Part shown: piece by piece, positions 17,434 through 27,035 of the stretch | How the letters are laid out: every line of letters starts with the position of its first letter | Position numbering within the stretch: position 1 is the first letter of the stretch | Source of the DNA: Candidatus Uhrbacteria bacterium | GTDB taxonomy: Bacteria > Patescibacteriota > Patescibacteriia > UBA9934 | DNA length: 64,000 bases | Reading direction: 5' to 3' | NCBI GenBank assembly: GCA_943354605.1 | Contig: CALRCK010000002.1 | Coordinates: forward strand, 6,280-70,279 | Program-made: the position numbers and the translations under genes | The notes under the pieces: model-generated | Seen by the model: the letters and a program-made list of their open reading frames with translations, nothing else | Told to the model about the DNA's origin: nothing | Databases searched by the model: none

Positions 17434-18053
17434 TCACGCCGCGTAAACGAGCCCGCGAATCGTCGCCATGAAGCGCGCGCACTTGTCGTCGAAGTCGTCG
17501 CCGCCGGGGATGTCGTGGAGCGTGTCGCCCGGCACGAAGCCGAGATCGATGTACGCCTGCCGTGCCTTCACGCCGAGCTCCACAGCTTCCGGGTAGGTCT
17601 CGAAGCGATACGCGTTCGTCTCGTAGAACCGTTCAGGGGGCGGCCCAGGAACGATGACGTGATCGACACCCTCCACGATCTGCTCCCGGCTATAGCCGAT
17701 GAGCCCGACGAGCTGGTTGATTCCGTTGGGCAGATACGCCGCGCCGCTCGGGATGGAACGGTTGAGAACCACAACGCAGCAACCGGTCTGGCGCGCACGC
17801 TCGAACGCGAGGGCGATGGCGAACACCGTGTACTCGGCGATGATCTTCTGGAACCGCACCCACATGTGGGGCGGCCAGCGCGACTTCTCCTCGCGTTCGA
17901 TCCCGAACCCGAGGTGCACCGCCATCGCCGCTTCATTGACGACAACGGCGTTTCGGGAGAACCAGTGATCTGCGGCCAGTCGCCGCAGCATCTCGTCCTT
18001 GCCTCCCCCGGGGGTTCCATCAACCACGATCAATTGAATTCCTTCCTTCATGA
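17434..18053 (-). CDS. P-loop NTPase, kinase-like, in high-GC island 3.
   Basis: It has a Walker A motif (IVVDGTPGGGKD) near the N-terminus. The 17360-18060 segment is about 62% GC. The start is trimmed to MKEGIQ because the long track ORF overlaps the next gene. Confidence 0.45.
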
Positions 18054-18128
18054 CCACTCCTGCCGTTATAGGCCGAAGGAATGTATCAAAAAACCACGAA
18101 TCTGCAAAACGTTCCGCGTTGTAAAATA

Positions 18129-19121
18129 TTACTTTACCTTCCCGTTCGAGGTGTACACCATGATGTAGGTTCCGTTGTCGGCCTTGATGACTGCCGGATC
18201 TCCGCCACGAATTCCGGTAAATACCGCCGAGGACCACGCTTCTCCGTCCGCAGAGGTGGCGTACCACACACCAGATCCAGTGTCCGTACCAAAGAAATAG
18301 ATGGAACCATTGTCGACGAGATAGTTTCCGGTCCAATTGTTCGAGGCGTTGGAAGAATTGACCCCCGTGTACGTGAAGGTTATGCCGTCTGTTGAAGTCC
18401 CATGATGCGTTCCAAAATTCGGTGCATACGGCGTGGACATCAGCCAGGTTTCTCCCACAGGCACCACCGCAGAATCGTATAACCGCGCACCAGTTTTCGT
18501 CATTGCTGTTCCGGTAAAGGTGTAATGCACGCCGTCGGAAGATGTCGCACTTGCGATGTATGTGTCTTGGGATCCTCTTTCACTCGTCGTGAAGTACATG
18601 CGCAACGTGTCGTCCGGAAGCACAACCAATGTGGGATCAAACGCCCTCTGGAGCGTGGACGGCATGTCGGCGATAGCAACCGTTTCAGGATCGGTCCACG
18701 TCACGCCATTGTCGTGAGAAATCGATGTTGCAACTTTGTCGAATGACGCGTCGACGTCTGGAAACCACTGAAACGATGCATACAGCGTTCCGTCGCTCGT
18801 CTTTGCAAGCGTTGGCACACCGGCGGATTCAACAAATCGCTCCGACGACGACGCAAACCCCGTAATAGACGAACTCGTCGTTATAATCAGATCGTTGTTC
18901 CACGGCCCGTTCTGAGATGTTTTCCGCGAAATGACCGCATTTATGTTCGCGGGCGTTCCGCTTGGCACAGCGTCCTGATTTTGCGCGACAGACGGCGAAG
19001 AAGAACCGGAATCCTCGTCGCTTGTAGAATTCATCTTCCATAACACATATCCATTCACGCCAAGCAGCCCCGCAAGCCCGAGCGTCACAACAGTGATCAG
19101 TGCAATTTTTGATGTGGTCAT
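18129..19121 (-). CDS. BNR/Asp-box repeat (sialidase-fold) secreted protein with an N-terminal anchor.
   Basis: It has an Asp-box (SISHDNGVTW), several S/T-x-D-G motifs and an N-terminal TM/signal sequence. Confidence 0.55.
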   Translation of the reverse strand: MTTSKIALITVVTLGLAGLLGVNGYVLWKMNSTSDEDSGSSSPSVAQNQDAVPSGTPANINAVISRKTSQNGPWNNDLIITTSSSITGFASSSERFVESAGVPTLAKTSDGTLYASFQWFPDVDASFDKVATSISHDNGVTWTDPETVAIADMPSTLQRAFDPTLVVLPDDTLRMYFTTSERGSQDTYIASATSSDGVHYTFTGTAMTKTGARLYDSAVVPVGETWLMSTPYAPNFGTHHGTSTDGITFTYTGVNSSNASNNWTGNYLVDNGSIYFFGTDTGSGVWYATSADGEAWSSAVFTGIRGGDPAVIKADNGTYIMVYTSNGKVK

Positions 19122-19127
19122 ATGTTC

Positions 19128-20039
19128 TTATACTCGTAAATATCTTCGCATGGCAAACGCTGTAGTGCCAAGACCGAGGAATGCGAGAATACCGAACTGG
19201 GCACCGAAGAGTGGGGCGGCGTTGGTGGTGTAATAGGCGACGAGATCGACATCGACGCCCTGGAAGAACGCAACGATGTACGGATTTGCAAAGGAAAGTG
19301 TTGAAGCGATAATCGCGGCCATGATTGCGGTGGCAATGAGGGCGTAGAAGATGGACTCAAGGAGGAACGGGCCGCGCACAAACCAGTCGTTCGCGCCCAC
19401 AAGTTTCATGATGCCGATTTCTTCACGATGGACGTAAATCGCAACGCGAATGGTGTTAAAGACAATGAGAATCGCAATAAAGCCGAAGAACAAGGCAAGG
19501 ATCAAGAATCCGAGACGGACCTTCTCAGAGAAATCGCTGAGCACCTTGAGTGCGGATTCGTAGTTGTCGTAATTCTTTTCTTTGATGAACGGTTTGTACT
19601 CCGGTGTTTCGAGCGCTTCGAGGATGAACGGAAAATCGCTCGCATTGTACGCGCGGATTTTCAAGGCCTGGCCAAGTGGGTTGCCATCAACCTCATCAAG
19701 CGCCGCAAGAATCACCGGATCGTTCTGATGGTTGAGTTTAAAATTCGCGAGAGCTTCTTCTGCTGTCACGTACGACACCTCTTTCACCTGCGACAAGCCG
19801 AGCAAATACCCCTGTACGCTCTTCACCGTGTCTTCCGATGAATCCGATGTGAAATACACCGTCACTTGCACGCGGCCCTCAACGCTCTTCACCGACGCAT
19901 TTGCGAGCACGTTTAAGATGATGACGGAGTTAATCGTGATCAGCGTGAGCACAAACACGGACACCGTCACAAACGACAACCAAAAATTCCGCATCATGCT
20001 TTGCAGCGCGAACCGAATGATGCGAAAGAATGAGCGCAT
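19128..20039 (-). CDS. ftsX: Cell division permease FtsX.
   Basis: It has four TM helices and a large periplasmic loop. It is directly downstream of ftsE. Confidence 0.85.
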   Translation of the reverse strand: MRSFFRIIRFALQSMMRNFWLSFVTVSVFVLTLITINSVIILNVLANASVKSVEGRVQVTVYFTSDSSEDTVKSVQGYLLGLSQVKEVSYVTAEEALANFKLNHQNDPVILAALDEVDGNPLGQALKIRAYNASDFPFILEALETPEYKPFIKEKNYDNYESALKVLSDFSEKVRLGFLILALFFGFIAILIVFNTIRVAIYVHREEIGIMKLVGANDWFVRGPFLLESIFYALIATAIMAAIIASTLSFANPYIVAFFQGVDVDLVAYYTTNAAPLFGAQFGILAFLGLGTTAFAMRRYLRV

Positions 20040-20042
20040 ACG

Positions 20043-20726
20043 CTAAGCAAGAAGATATTTACCCTTTTCCGCATCGGAAGCCACTTTTCCCTCTCGCAAG
20101 GTGATAACCCGACGATGCAAACCATTCACAATGTCACGATCATGGGTGACGAGCACGATGGTGGTACCAAAGTCGTTGATGCGTGTAAACAGCTCAATGA
20201 TTTCTCGGGCCGTAATGGCATCGAGGTTTCCCGTTGGCTCGTCGGCAACAATAATCTTTGGCCGATGGACAAGGGCGCGGGCAATAGAAACGCGCTGCTG
20301 TTCACCGCCGGAAAGCTGACGAGGATACCGCCCACCCTTCTCCCCAAGCCCCACAATCTTCAGCACATGTGGAACAACGTCCCGAATGCGCTTGCTCGAT
20401 TCCCCCGCAACTTCCAACGCAAATGCAACATTCTCGAACGCGGTCTTTTTTGGAAGCAGTTTAAAATCTTGAAACACCACACCAATCTGCCGACGAAGAA
20501 TCGGGATATCCGAATGTCGAATGTTGGAAATATCCCAATCCCCAATGTGAATGTGGCCACTCGTCGGCTTCTCTTCTGCAAAAATCAACTTCGCCACCGT
20601 GGACTTTCCCGAACCGCTCTGACCAGTAATAGAAACAAACTCCCCCGCCTCAATACGAAAACTCACCCCAGCAAGCGCGTGTGTTTTTGGCGGATATTCT
20701 TTTGTCACGTTTTTGAACGTGATCAT
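20043..20726 (-). CDS. ftsE: Cell division ABC ATPase FtsE.
   Basis: It has Walker A (GQSGSGKST), an ABC signature (LSGGEQQRV) and Walker B (IIVADEPTGNLD). The start is chosen at MITFKNV. Confidence 0.9.
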   Translation of the reverse strand: MITFKNVTKEYPPKTHALAGVSFRIEAGEFVSITGQSGSGKSTVAKLIFAEEKPTSGHIHIGDWDISNIRHSDIPILRRQIGVVFQDFKLLPKKTAFENVAFALEVAGESSKRIRDVVPHVLKIVGLGEKGGRYPRQLSGGEQQRVSIARALVHRPKIIVADEPTGNLDAITAREIIELFTRINDFGTTIVLVTHDRDIVNGLHRRVITLREGKVASDAEKGKYLLA

Positions 20727-20926
20727 GATGGGATTATACCATGCAGCATCGAACCAACCGAGCGGAGCGAGTGATTCAACGGGTGGCGCCGAGGGAGGTC
20801 CCCGTACGGAGCGCAACGAGCGCCGCATGCATTCGATGCTTAGGCAAAACATTCATGCGCGAGCTGAGCACCGTAACGGGGTCCGAGGCGACAGGACCCG
20901 TTGATGAGTGAGAGGAGCGGCAGTCT

Positions 20927-20952
20927 GGATCCGCGCCTACGCGGGGATGACC
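20927..20952. repeat. Single-arm copy of the GATCC(C/G)CGCCT(T/A)CGCGGGGATGAC repeat.
   Basis: The sequence ggatccgcgcctacgcggggatgacc matches one arm of the 13409-13475 palindrome with 2 mismatches. Confidence 0.55.
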
Positions 20953-20966
20953 GAACGTTTCATGCA

Positions 20967-21779
20967 CTATTCCGCATCCTTCACCAAATCGAACTCAAAT
21001 GTAGTTTCCCCAACATCGGCGATAACGTGGACGGTGTCGTCGGCGAGTTCGGACGATGTGTATACTCGCTCGAATCCTGCGCCTTCCACCCAGCCGGTCG
21101 TGGATCCGGTACTCGGCAGTGCACGAAGGCCGATGCTCACACGATAGGTGTCGTCAGTATCTGACCCGTGGACTTCTGGGGCCTGGTAGAGGGCGTAAAT
21201 ATCTGGAGCGTTCAAAGATGATGCGCAAGAATCATACAGCGTTGCTCTTCCGGAATCACGATCTGTCAGCATTCGAGTAAATCCTGAACACGACAGCTGA
21301 TCACATTCCACGGAATCGAGAAAATTGGACTCTCCAATGTCTTTGATGTGTGCCGTAAACATGCTGCCACTATCTGGCAACGTAAACTCAATGTCCTTGC
21401 CGTCGAGTACATCGAGCCCGAACGTTTGTGTGGGAAGATTTGTTTGATATCCGTCGATCAACTCGTAGCCGCCAAACACAATCTGATCCTCGCGACCATT
21501 CGCATTCGCCCACAACATCGCCTCTGCACACGTTGGATCCTTTACACCGTCGTAATATTGCACGTCAGGCTGCTGATCGCTCACGAGCATGACGTTATCG
21601 CACTGTCCAGAACATTTCGCGTTCTCCACGTGTCGGCCTGCTGCCATGGAAAGCGGATGTGCGGTTTCCGCCCGATGCGTCTCTGCCGCACGAACCGCAG
21701 CAATTCCCGCCAAGAGAACCGCAGGCACAAGAATCGCGAGCCGGCGAGAAAAGGAGAGTTTTTTTGATGATTTTTTCAT
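20967..21779 (-). CDS. Secreted hypothetical protein.
   Basis: The signal peptide MKKSSKKLSFSRRLAILVPAVLLAGIAA follows a Cys-containing region. The start is trimmed so that it does not overlap tRNA-Thr. Confidence 0.45.
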   Translation of the reverse strand: MKKSSKKLSFSRRLAILVPAVLLAGIAAVRAAETHRAETAHPLSMAAGRHVENAKCSGQCDNVMLVSDQQPDVQYYDGVKDPTCAEAMLWANANGREDQIVFGGYELIDGYQTNLPTQTFGLDVLDGKDIEFTLPDSGSMFTAHIKDIGESNFLDSVECDQLSCSGFTRMLTDRDSGRATLYDSCASSLNAPDIYALYQAPEVHGSDTDDTYRVSIGLRALPSTGSTTGWVEGAGFERVYTSSELADDTVHVIADVGETTFEFDLVKDAE

Positions 21780-21833
21780 ACTGCGTTCATTGTACTCGAA
21801 ACAAAAAACCCCCGATAGGATCGAGGGATTTTT

Positions 21834-21909
21834 TGGAGCCATTTCCGGGAATCGAACCCGGGACCTCTGCTTTACGAAAGCATTGCTCTACCAGCTGAGC
21901 TAAAATGGC
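21834..21909 (-). tRNA. tRNA-Thr (anticodon CGT). CCA is encoded.
   Basis: Reverse-complement reading gives GCCATTTTAGCTCAGCTGGTAGAGCAATGCTTTCGTAAAGCAGAGGTCCCGGGTTCGATTCCCGGAAATGGCTCCA. Confidence 0.8.
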
Positions 21910-21912
21910 AGG

Positions 21913-22036
21913 TGAAACGCCCACATTTGGCCTCTTTTCGACTCACTGCGTCGCAAATTCGCTCAACGTACCGTGACGTACGCCTCGCGAACTTTGCTCC
22001 TCGTTCATCGAAAATAGTCTCAAATGTGAACGTTTC
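21913..22036 (-). ncRNA. Conserved structured intergenic element, minus-strand copy, between tRNA-Gly and tRNA-Thr.
   Basis: The reverse complement carries the ATTTGAGAC...GCGAGGCGTACGTCACGGTACGTTGAGCGAATTTGCGACGCAG...GTCGAAAAGAGGCCAAA core. It has a 15-bp closing stem (gaaacgttcacattt / aaatgtgggcgtttc, 2 G-U pairs). Its 3' end is 3 nt from the tRNA-Thr 5' end. Confidence 0.5.
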
Positions 22037-22049
22037 AATCGCATTCTCT

Positions 22050-22124
22050 TGGAGCAGGAGACGGGGATCGAACCCGCGACCTTCTGCTTGGGAAGCAGAC
22101 GTTCTACCACTGAACTACTCCTGC
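22050..22124 (-). tRNA. tRNA-Gly (anticodon CCC). CCA is encoded.
   Basis: Reverse-complement reading gives GCAGGAGTAGTTCAGTGGTAGAACGTCTGCTTCCCAAGCAGAAGGTCGCGGGTTCGATCCCCGTCTCCTGCTCCA. Confidence 0.8.
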
Positions 22125-22179
22125 ACGCGGGCAGTTTTATATCACGAACCCCTTCAGGCGTAAAGCAAAGAATGCACCC

Positions 22180-23073
22180 CTACCTCACCCAAAGTCTTGG
22201 AGCAATTTCCGATGTTCGTTCATCCAAAATATCGGCGAGTGTCCCCTTTTTTACCGCGATTCCTCGAAGCAAGTATCGTGTGCCGCTGTCATCCGTAATC
22301 GAATCTTCAATGCGGAGGATCCAATATGCATCGGTAGTTGCAATCACGTCCGACGACGTATTTAGCGCTAAAGAAAATACGGGCAAAAATGCCGCATCAA
22401 CTTCGGACGGCAACACGTAGCCAAAACTTCCCTTAATCTGGGCGGTTGCGGGATCCTCCGAATATTCCTTTGCAACGTCCTCGAACGCGATACCGAGCGT
22501 GAGCTTTGCCTGCAACTCCGCCATCCTGTCATGCGCTTTGTTTTGATACGCCTCGTCTGCAAGCACCGCGCTTTGCACCGCGTTCGACAACACGAACGAT
22601 CGCTGAATGTAATCGAGATATTCGCCGTCGCTCCATCCGGCCAACGTCTCAAACGATCGAATGTCGTCCGTCCATTCAACAGCTGCAGAGACATCGGCGT
22701 TCGAAACATTCACATGCTCTTCCGATGCAATATCCTCCAACGCGTGCCGGCGAACCATCGCATCGATGGCCTGCGCATAGTCGGCCTCAGAAACTACAGA
22801 ACGATTGTCTGCGGCAGCAATACCGCGCGCAAGTCGGGCAACACTCGGAAACCACAACACGTGGCCGTCCTCAAATCCAATGGGAATACACAATGTTCGC
22901 TCAACGATTGGTGGCAGCGCTCCGCTGCGCCATCCTTTCCAAAAAAACCACCCACCCCCCGCAACAACACTCAACACAAGCACCGCGCCAAGCACCCACC
23001 AAACGATCCGGAAACGTTCCGGTGCAACATGACGCTCATGAACGTGATGTTCGTGATGCCATACCACGGTCAT
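22180..23073 (-). CDS. Membrane-anchored PpiC/parvulin-type peptidyl-prolyl isomerase (SurA/PrsA-like).
   Basis: It has an N-terminal TM helix. A parvulin-like segment (AQIKGSFGYV...FSLALNTSSDVIATTDAYWILRIED) matches PpiC. Confidence 0.55.
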   Translation of the reverse strand: MTVVWHHEHHVHERHVAPERFRIVWWVLGAVLVLSVVAGGGWFFWKGWRSGALPPIVERTLCIPIGFEDGHVLWFPSVARLARGIAAADNRSVVSEADYAQAIDAMVRRHALEDIASEEHVNVSNADVSAAVEWTDDIRSFETLAGWSDGEYLDYIQRSFVLSNAVQSAVLADEAYQNKAHDRMAELQAKLTLGIAFEDVAKEYSEDPATAQIKGSFGYVLPSEVDAAFLPVFSLALNTSSDVIATTDAYWILRIEDSITDDSGTRYLLRGIAVKKGTLADILDERTSEIAPRLWVR

Positions 23074-23477
23074 ACGTTCTGCAACGCAATAAACGCATCG
23101 TGGTCAAAAAAATAATCAAACCAACGCAGTGGATTAGGAATATCATCGTGGGAAACTACCGGAACCGCCGCATCAGCATTCCCCGATCCGTCCTGAACAA
23201 TAATCAATTGCTCGCCGTCTTTTCCCATACCGCTCTGACGGGCCTCGCTTTCCACGTAATACGAACTCGACAACGTATCAATGAGCTTCAACGACGCCAG
23301 TCGGTCCGCATCAAGCTTTGCATTTTCCGCCTGCATTTGAGCGATCTGGTCTTCAATTTCCCTGTTGCGTAAATACTCCTCGCCAAAACCAAACCCCACA
23401 AGCAACAACAAAATAACGGGAAGAATCACCGCAATGCGAAACGTCGATCTGTGCCGAACCGGACGATCACTAGTCAT
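23070..23477 (-). CDS. FtsB/DivIC-like septum formation initiator.
   Basis: A 135-aa protein with one N-terminal TM helix followed by a coiled coil (EIEDQIAQMQAENAKLDADRLASL). Confidence 0.5.
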   Translation of the reverse strand: MTSDRPVRHRSTFRIAVILPVILLLLVGFGFGEEYLRNREIEDQIAQMQAENAKLDADRLASLKLIDTLSSSYYVESEARQSGMGKDGEQLIIVQDGSGNADAAVPVVSHDDIPNPLRWFDYFFDHDAFIALQNV

Positions 23478-23489
23478 ACGCGAATTCTT

Positions 23490-23612
23490 GGAGATTTCTC
23501 ATTTGCGACGAGTTTCGGTGCGCAAGGAGCACAGTTCGCGAGGCGTACTTCTTGGTACGTTGAGCGAATGTGCGACGCAGCAAGCCGAAAATCGGCCAAA
23601 GGAGGAATCTCC
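23490..23612 (+). ncRNA. Conserved structured intergenic element, copy 3, antisense to the surrounding minus-strand operon.
   Basis: Its core is ATTTGCGACGAGTTTCGGTGCGC..GCGAGGCGTACTTCTTGGTACGTTGAGCGAATGTGCGACGCAGCAAGCCGAAAATCGGCCAAAGGAGG. The closing stem is ggagatttc / gaatctcc. There is no co-oriented gene downstream. Confidence 0.45.
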
Positions 23613-23614
23613 AC

Positions 23615-24094
23615 CTATTGTACCTTAGGGAGTGCGCTCACCACAGCATCAGGCTTCCACACCGGGCCGACAATCAACGAAAATCCATCCTCGTCGGCGC
23701 CGCGAATACAGACGTGGCCGTAGCCAATCATGGACGAAAGACCTTTGCGCATCGCCACGATCTTCTCAACGACACTCCAGGAAAGCTCGGTAACGTGGAA
23801 CGACTTTCGTTTTGAATGAACATCAATGGCGCGACGAGACGTAATGTACATGCCGTTCTCAAGATACGATCGGCGCGTATCGCGGAGCTGAGTTGTCCCA
23901 ATCATGAACGAAAGCGCACCAAGAAAGCCGCCAAAAAAAACGCCAAGGTAGAGCAACGACGACCAAAAAACGAATGGAAACACAATCAACACGAGCGCCG
24001 CAAGAATCCGCGGTGTGAGCGACCATAAACTCGGGCGAATGACGCCAAGAAATTCTTCGTCTGGTTCGAGCGTAAAAAACTTTCGCTGAATCAT
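23615..24094 (-). CDS. Membrane protein with a bacterial PH-like (YdbS/YdbT-like) domain.
   Basis: It has two TM helices and then YITSRRAIDVH..., which is bPH_2-like. Its ATG overlaps the murE stop (ATGA). Confidence 0.35.
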   Translation of the reverse strand: MIQRKFFTLEPDEEFLGVIRPSLWSLTPRILAALVLIVFPFVFWSSLLYLGVFFGGFLGALSFMIGTTQLRDTRRSYLENGMYITSRRAIDVHSKRKSFHVTELSWSVVEKIVAMRKGLSSMIGYGHVCIRGADEDGFSLIVGPVWKPDAVVSALPKVQ

Positions 24095-25419
24095 AGGGCA
24101 GAATATCCGGCATTCGCTAAGGCATTCCGAACTTCTTCTCGGTCGTCCCACGGAATCTTTCCTCCGGCAACGGCCATCACTGGTTCTGATCCTTTGCCGG
24201 TGACGAGTACCACGTCGCCCGCCTTTGCGAGATGGATCGCTTTTGCAATCGCTTCTCGACGATCATCGATAGCGAACAGCGTTTGACCGTCAACCTTTCC
24301 ATGCGCTCGAGCTCCAGCGGCAACGGCGTCAATAATCGCGCGCGGATCCTCGTCGTACGGATCTTCGTTCGTCACAAGAACGATATCTTCATTCTGGGCG
24401 GCAACCCGTCCAATTTCTGTTCGACGGGCAACGTCGCGACCTCCGCCCGCGGAACCGTGAATACCGATCACGCGACCGGATTTCATTGGGGCAAGTGATC
24501 GATACAGTGCGAGGAGCGCAAACGGTTCATACGCGTAGTCCACAACAACCATAAACGGCTGACCACAGTCGATCATCTCGAATCGACCAGGAACAGAATG
24601 GAGCGTTCCTGCTGCGCGCATCGCATCCTTCAAGGAAGCGCCGATGGCTACCGCACCAGCAATAGCGGCGAGCGCGTTCTTGTGTTCAAAATCCGCCACA
24701 AGCGCAAGCGATGTTTCGACTCCGTTCACCGAAAGCGTCACACCGCGCTGGCGGTCGTGGCGCTCCACATACGCAACAAGCCGATCCGCACTTGGCGTTC
24801 CGTTCATACCAAACGCAATATGCCGATCCGCGCGGAACGATCCATAATATGCCGCGTGTTCGTCGTCGGCATTCACCACATTTACTTTTGGAATCACCTT
24901 TCCCCCGATTGTTTTCTTTGGTCGTGCTGTGAGATGTTTGAATAAAATCCCCTTCGCTTTTTTATAGTTTTCAAAACCACCGTGCGCCTCAATATGTTCC
25001 GGCGTGAGATTCGTCAACATCGCCACGTCGTAATTCACTCCAACGTGACGATGCTGAATAAGCCCCTGCGACGACGTTTCCACAATCGCCACCGTGCAAC
25101 CCGCATTCACCATCGATCGGAGTAATCGCTGCAACGTAAAACGCCCAGGCATCGTCATCTTCATCGCGTTCACCACGTCCTTCCCGGCAATGTTGAACCC
25201 CGCCGTTGATGTGTACCCAACCGTGTAGCCAAGCGTGGTAAGAATCTGCGCCAAAAAATTCACCGTAGACGATTTTCCGTTTGTTCCCGTTACACCAATC
25301 ACGATCATCTCGCTTGACGGATGACGATACACAACCTCGGCGATTCCAGCGAGTGCATGATGATACCGCGCAACCATCGGCGCAGGGACAAGAGATTTGA
25401 GACTGCGGAGGAGAGACAT
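24091..25419 (-). CDS. murE: UDP-N-acetylmuramoyl-tripeptide synthetase (Mur ligase, MurE-type).
   Basis: It has a Mur ligase P-loop (GVTGTNGKSST), a central domain (DYAYEP..) and a C-terminal domain. The start is chosen at MSLLRSL (ATG). Confidence 0.85.
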   Translation of the reverse strand: MSLLRSLKSLVPAPMVARYHHALAGIAEVVYRHPSSEMIVIGVTGTNGKSSTVNFLAQILTTLGYTVGYTSTAGFNIAGKDVVNAMKMTMPGRFTLQRLLRSMVNAGCTVAIVETSSQGLIQHRHVGVNYDVAMLTNLTPEHIEAHGGFENYKKAKGILFKHLTARPKKTIGGKVIPKVNVVNADDEHAAYYGSFRADRHIAFGMNGTPSADRLVAYVERHDRQRGVTLSVNGVETSLALVADFEHKNALAAIAGAVAIGASLKDAMRAAGTLHSVPGRFEMIDCGQPFMVVVDYAYEPFALLALYRSLAPMKSGRVIGIHGSAGGGRDVARRTEIGRVAAQNEDIVLVTNEDPYDEDPRAIIDAVAAGARAHGKVDGQTLFAIDDRREAIAKAIHLAKAGDVVLVTGKGSEPVMAVAGGKIPWDDREEVRNALANAGYSAL

Positions 25420-25559
25420 AGAGATGCGTAGTGAGCGATGAGGGACACTTTGCGCAGCGAGAGCGTTGATGCACAGCCGCAGTTGAGCGAAGCGAAACGT
25501 CGCGGCGTAGCGTGATCGGTCGCAGCGGAGCAAAGTCGTCCCGAGTCGCCACGGAGCGA

Positions 25560-27035
25560 TTACAGGTTTCTCACTTCCTCCCTAAACTGTTCGCCGCGCT
25601 CGAATTCGTTACGGAACAGATTGAAACTTGCGGCGCCCGGAGAGAGCAATACTGTGTCGCCGCGAACGGCGGCGGAACGCGCACCCTGTACCGCTTCTTT
25701 CATACTTTTTACCGTCGTTACTGGAACACGGCCCTTGATCGCCGCATTCAACAGATCCGACGCATCACCAGGAAACAGAAACACCGCCTTACACACCTTT
25801 ACAATCTCCTCCCCCAAGCCATCATATGCAAGCTTTTTATTCACACCTCCGGCAATGAGCACGATATCCTTCTTTTCTGTGCCAAAACGGCGCAACGCCG
25901 CAATCACCGCGTCTGGGCCAGTGGCCGCCGTGTCGTTAATGTATGTAATCTCATCAACCTCGCGCACCATTTCTTGTCGGTCCACGACGCCCTCAAAATG
26001 CCGAAGCACGTCGGCAATGTCGCCAACAGAAACATCGGAGAGCATTGCCGCGCACGTTGCCGACAAGATGTTCTCAACGTTGTGATCACCCTTCAGCGCA
26101 ACCTCGGCGACTGGAATCACGACGGTATCTGCGCCGTTGTTCCGGAACACCACGTTGCCACCCTTCATGTAACACCCATGTTCTTCGCGAGCGTCTTTCG
26201 AAAACCAAAACAATTTTCCTTTCACGAGCGGCGCCATACCTTTCACCAAGTCGTGATCCGCATTCAACAGCGTGTACTGATCTGGCGTTTGATGCTCAAA
26301 AATAATGCGCTTGCTCGCGGTATACGCCTCGAACGACGGATAACGATCCAAATGATCCGGATACACGTTGGTGAGAATCGCAATCGCTGGCCCGCGTTTG
26401 ATATCGGCGAATGCTTGCGGCAACGATTCCAACATCCACGACGACAGCTCGAGCACCACCGGAATGGCATTTGGTTCTTCAATAAGCTCATCAAGATGCT
26501 CGAGCGGCGACACTTTGATGTTCCCCGCCACAACAGCTTTCTCGTCTTTACGCTTCATCATCTCGGCGAGGAGCAACGTCGTGGTCGTTTTTCCTTTTGT
26601 TCCCGTCACCGCAATAATCGGCTGCGGATAAAAACGGAAAAACAAACTCACGTCGGATTCAATCGGAACCTTTTGTTCCTTTGCGGCAACGATGTATTCC
26701 GACTCACTTGGCACACCCGGATTCTGCACCACGCAGTCCACATTGAGAAAATCGTCTTTCCGATGCTCGCCTAACACAAACACCGGCTGATAGAGCGTGC
26801 GGTCGGGATACAGCTCCCGATACCGCCGATACCAGTCCATGATAATCGTGACGGATTCCTTCAGCTCTTCGGCGTTCTTGAGGTCCGTAATGACCGTTTG
26901 CGCGCCGTGGCGCACCAGCCATTTTGTTGCGCCCATGCCGCTCCCCCGTTTGTATCGGCCCAAACCCATCACCGTCACCACCGCGTCTTGAAAATTGTGG
27001 ATGCTGGACAAGTCCATAAAATCGATACTTTTCAC
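25560..27035 (-). CDS. murD: UDP-N-acetylmuramoylalanine--D-glutamate ligase.
   Basis: It has an N-terminal Rossmann-like domain (VVTVMGLGRYKRGSGMGATKWL), a Mur ligase P-loop (GTKGKTTTT) and a C-terminal domain. The first codon is GTG. An ATG alternative lies at about 27017. Confidence 0.9.
   Translation of the reverse strand: MKSIDFMDLSSIHNFQDAVVTVMGLGRYKRGSGMGATKWLVRHGAQTVITDLKNAEELKESVTIIMDWYRRYRELYPDRTLYQPVFVLGEHRKDDFLNVDCVVQNPGVPSESEYIVAAKEQKVPIESDVSLFFRFYPQPIIAVTGTKGKTTTTLLLAEMMKRKDEKAVVAGNIKVSPLEHLDELIEEPNAIPVVLELSSWMLESLPQAFADIKRGPAIAILTNVYPDHLDRYPSFEAYTASKRIIFEHQTPDQYTLLNADHDLVKGMAPLVKGKLFWFSKDAREEHGCYMKGGNVVFRNNGADTVVIPVAEVALKGDHNVENILSATCAAMLSDVSVGDIADVLRHFEGVVDRQEMVREVDEITYINDTAATGPDAVIAALRRFGTEKKDIVLIAGGVNKKLAYDGLGEEIVKVCKAVFLFPGDASDLLNAAIKGRVPVTTVKSMKEAVQGARSAAVRGDTVLLSPGAASFNLFRNEFERGEQFREEVRNL

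Noticed and set aside
17434-18336. A 300-aa long form of the P-loop ORF.
   Set aside because: The N-terminal 94 codons overlap the BNR gene at 18129-19121 in another frame. They lie in native-GC sequence, whereas the P-loop domain is high-GC. The ORF was trimmed to MKEGIQ at about 18053.
20901-21164. An ORF encoding MMSERSGSLDPRLRGDDR..., with a similar peptide in 13358-13585.
   Set aside because: Both are translations of the GATCCCCGCC...GGGGATGAC repeat arms. They are repeat-derived, not genes.
25512-26774. A 420-aa plus-strand ORF opposite murD. Similar long antisense ORFs occur opposite pyrG (35823-36824), the P-type ATPase (27989-28597), rfbB and HtrA.
   Set aside because: These antisense ORFs have no motifs. 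The opposite strands carry unambiguous conserved enzymes.
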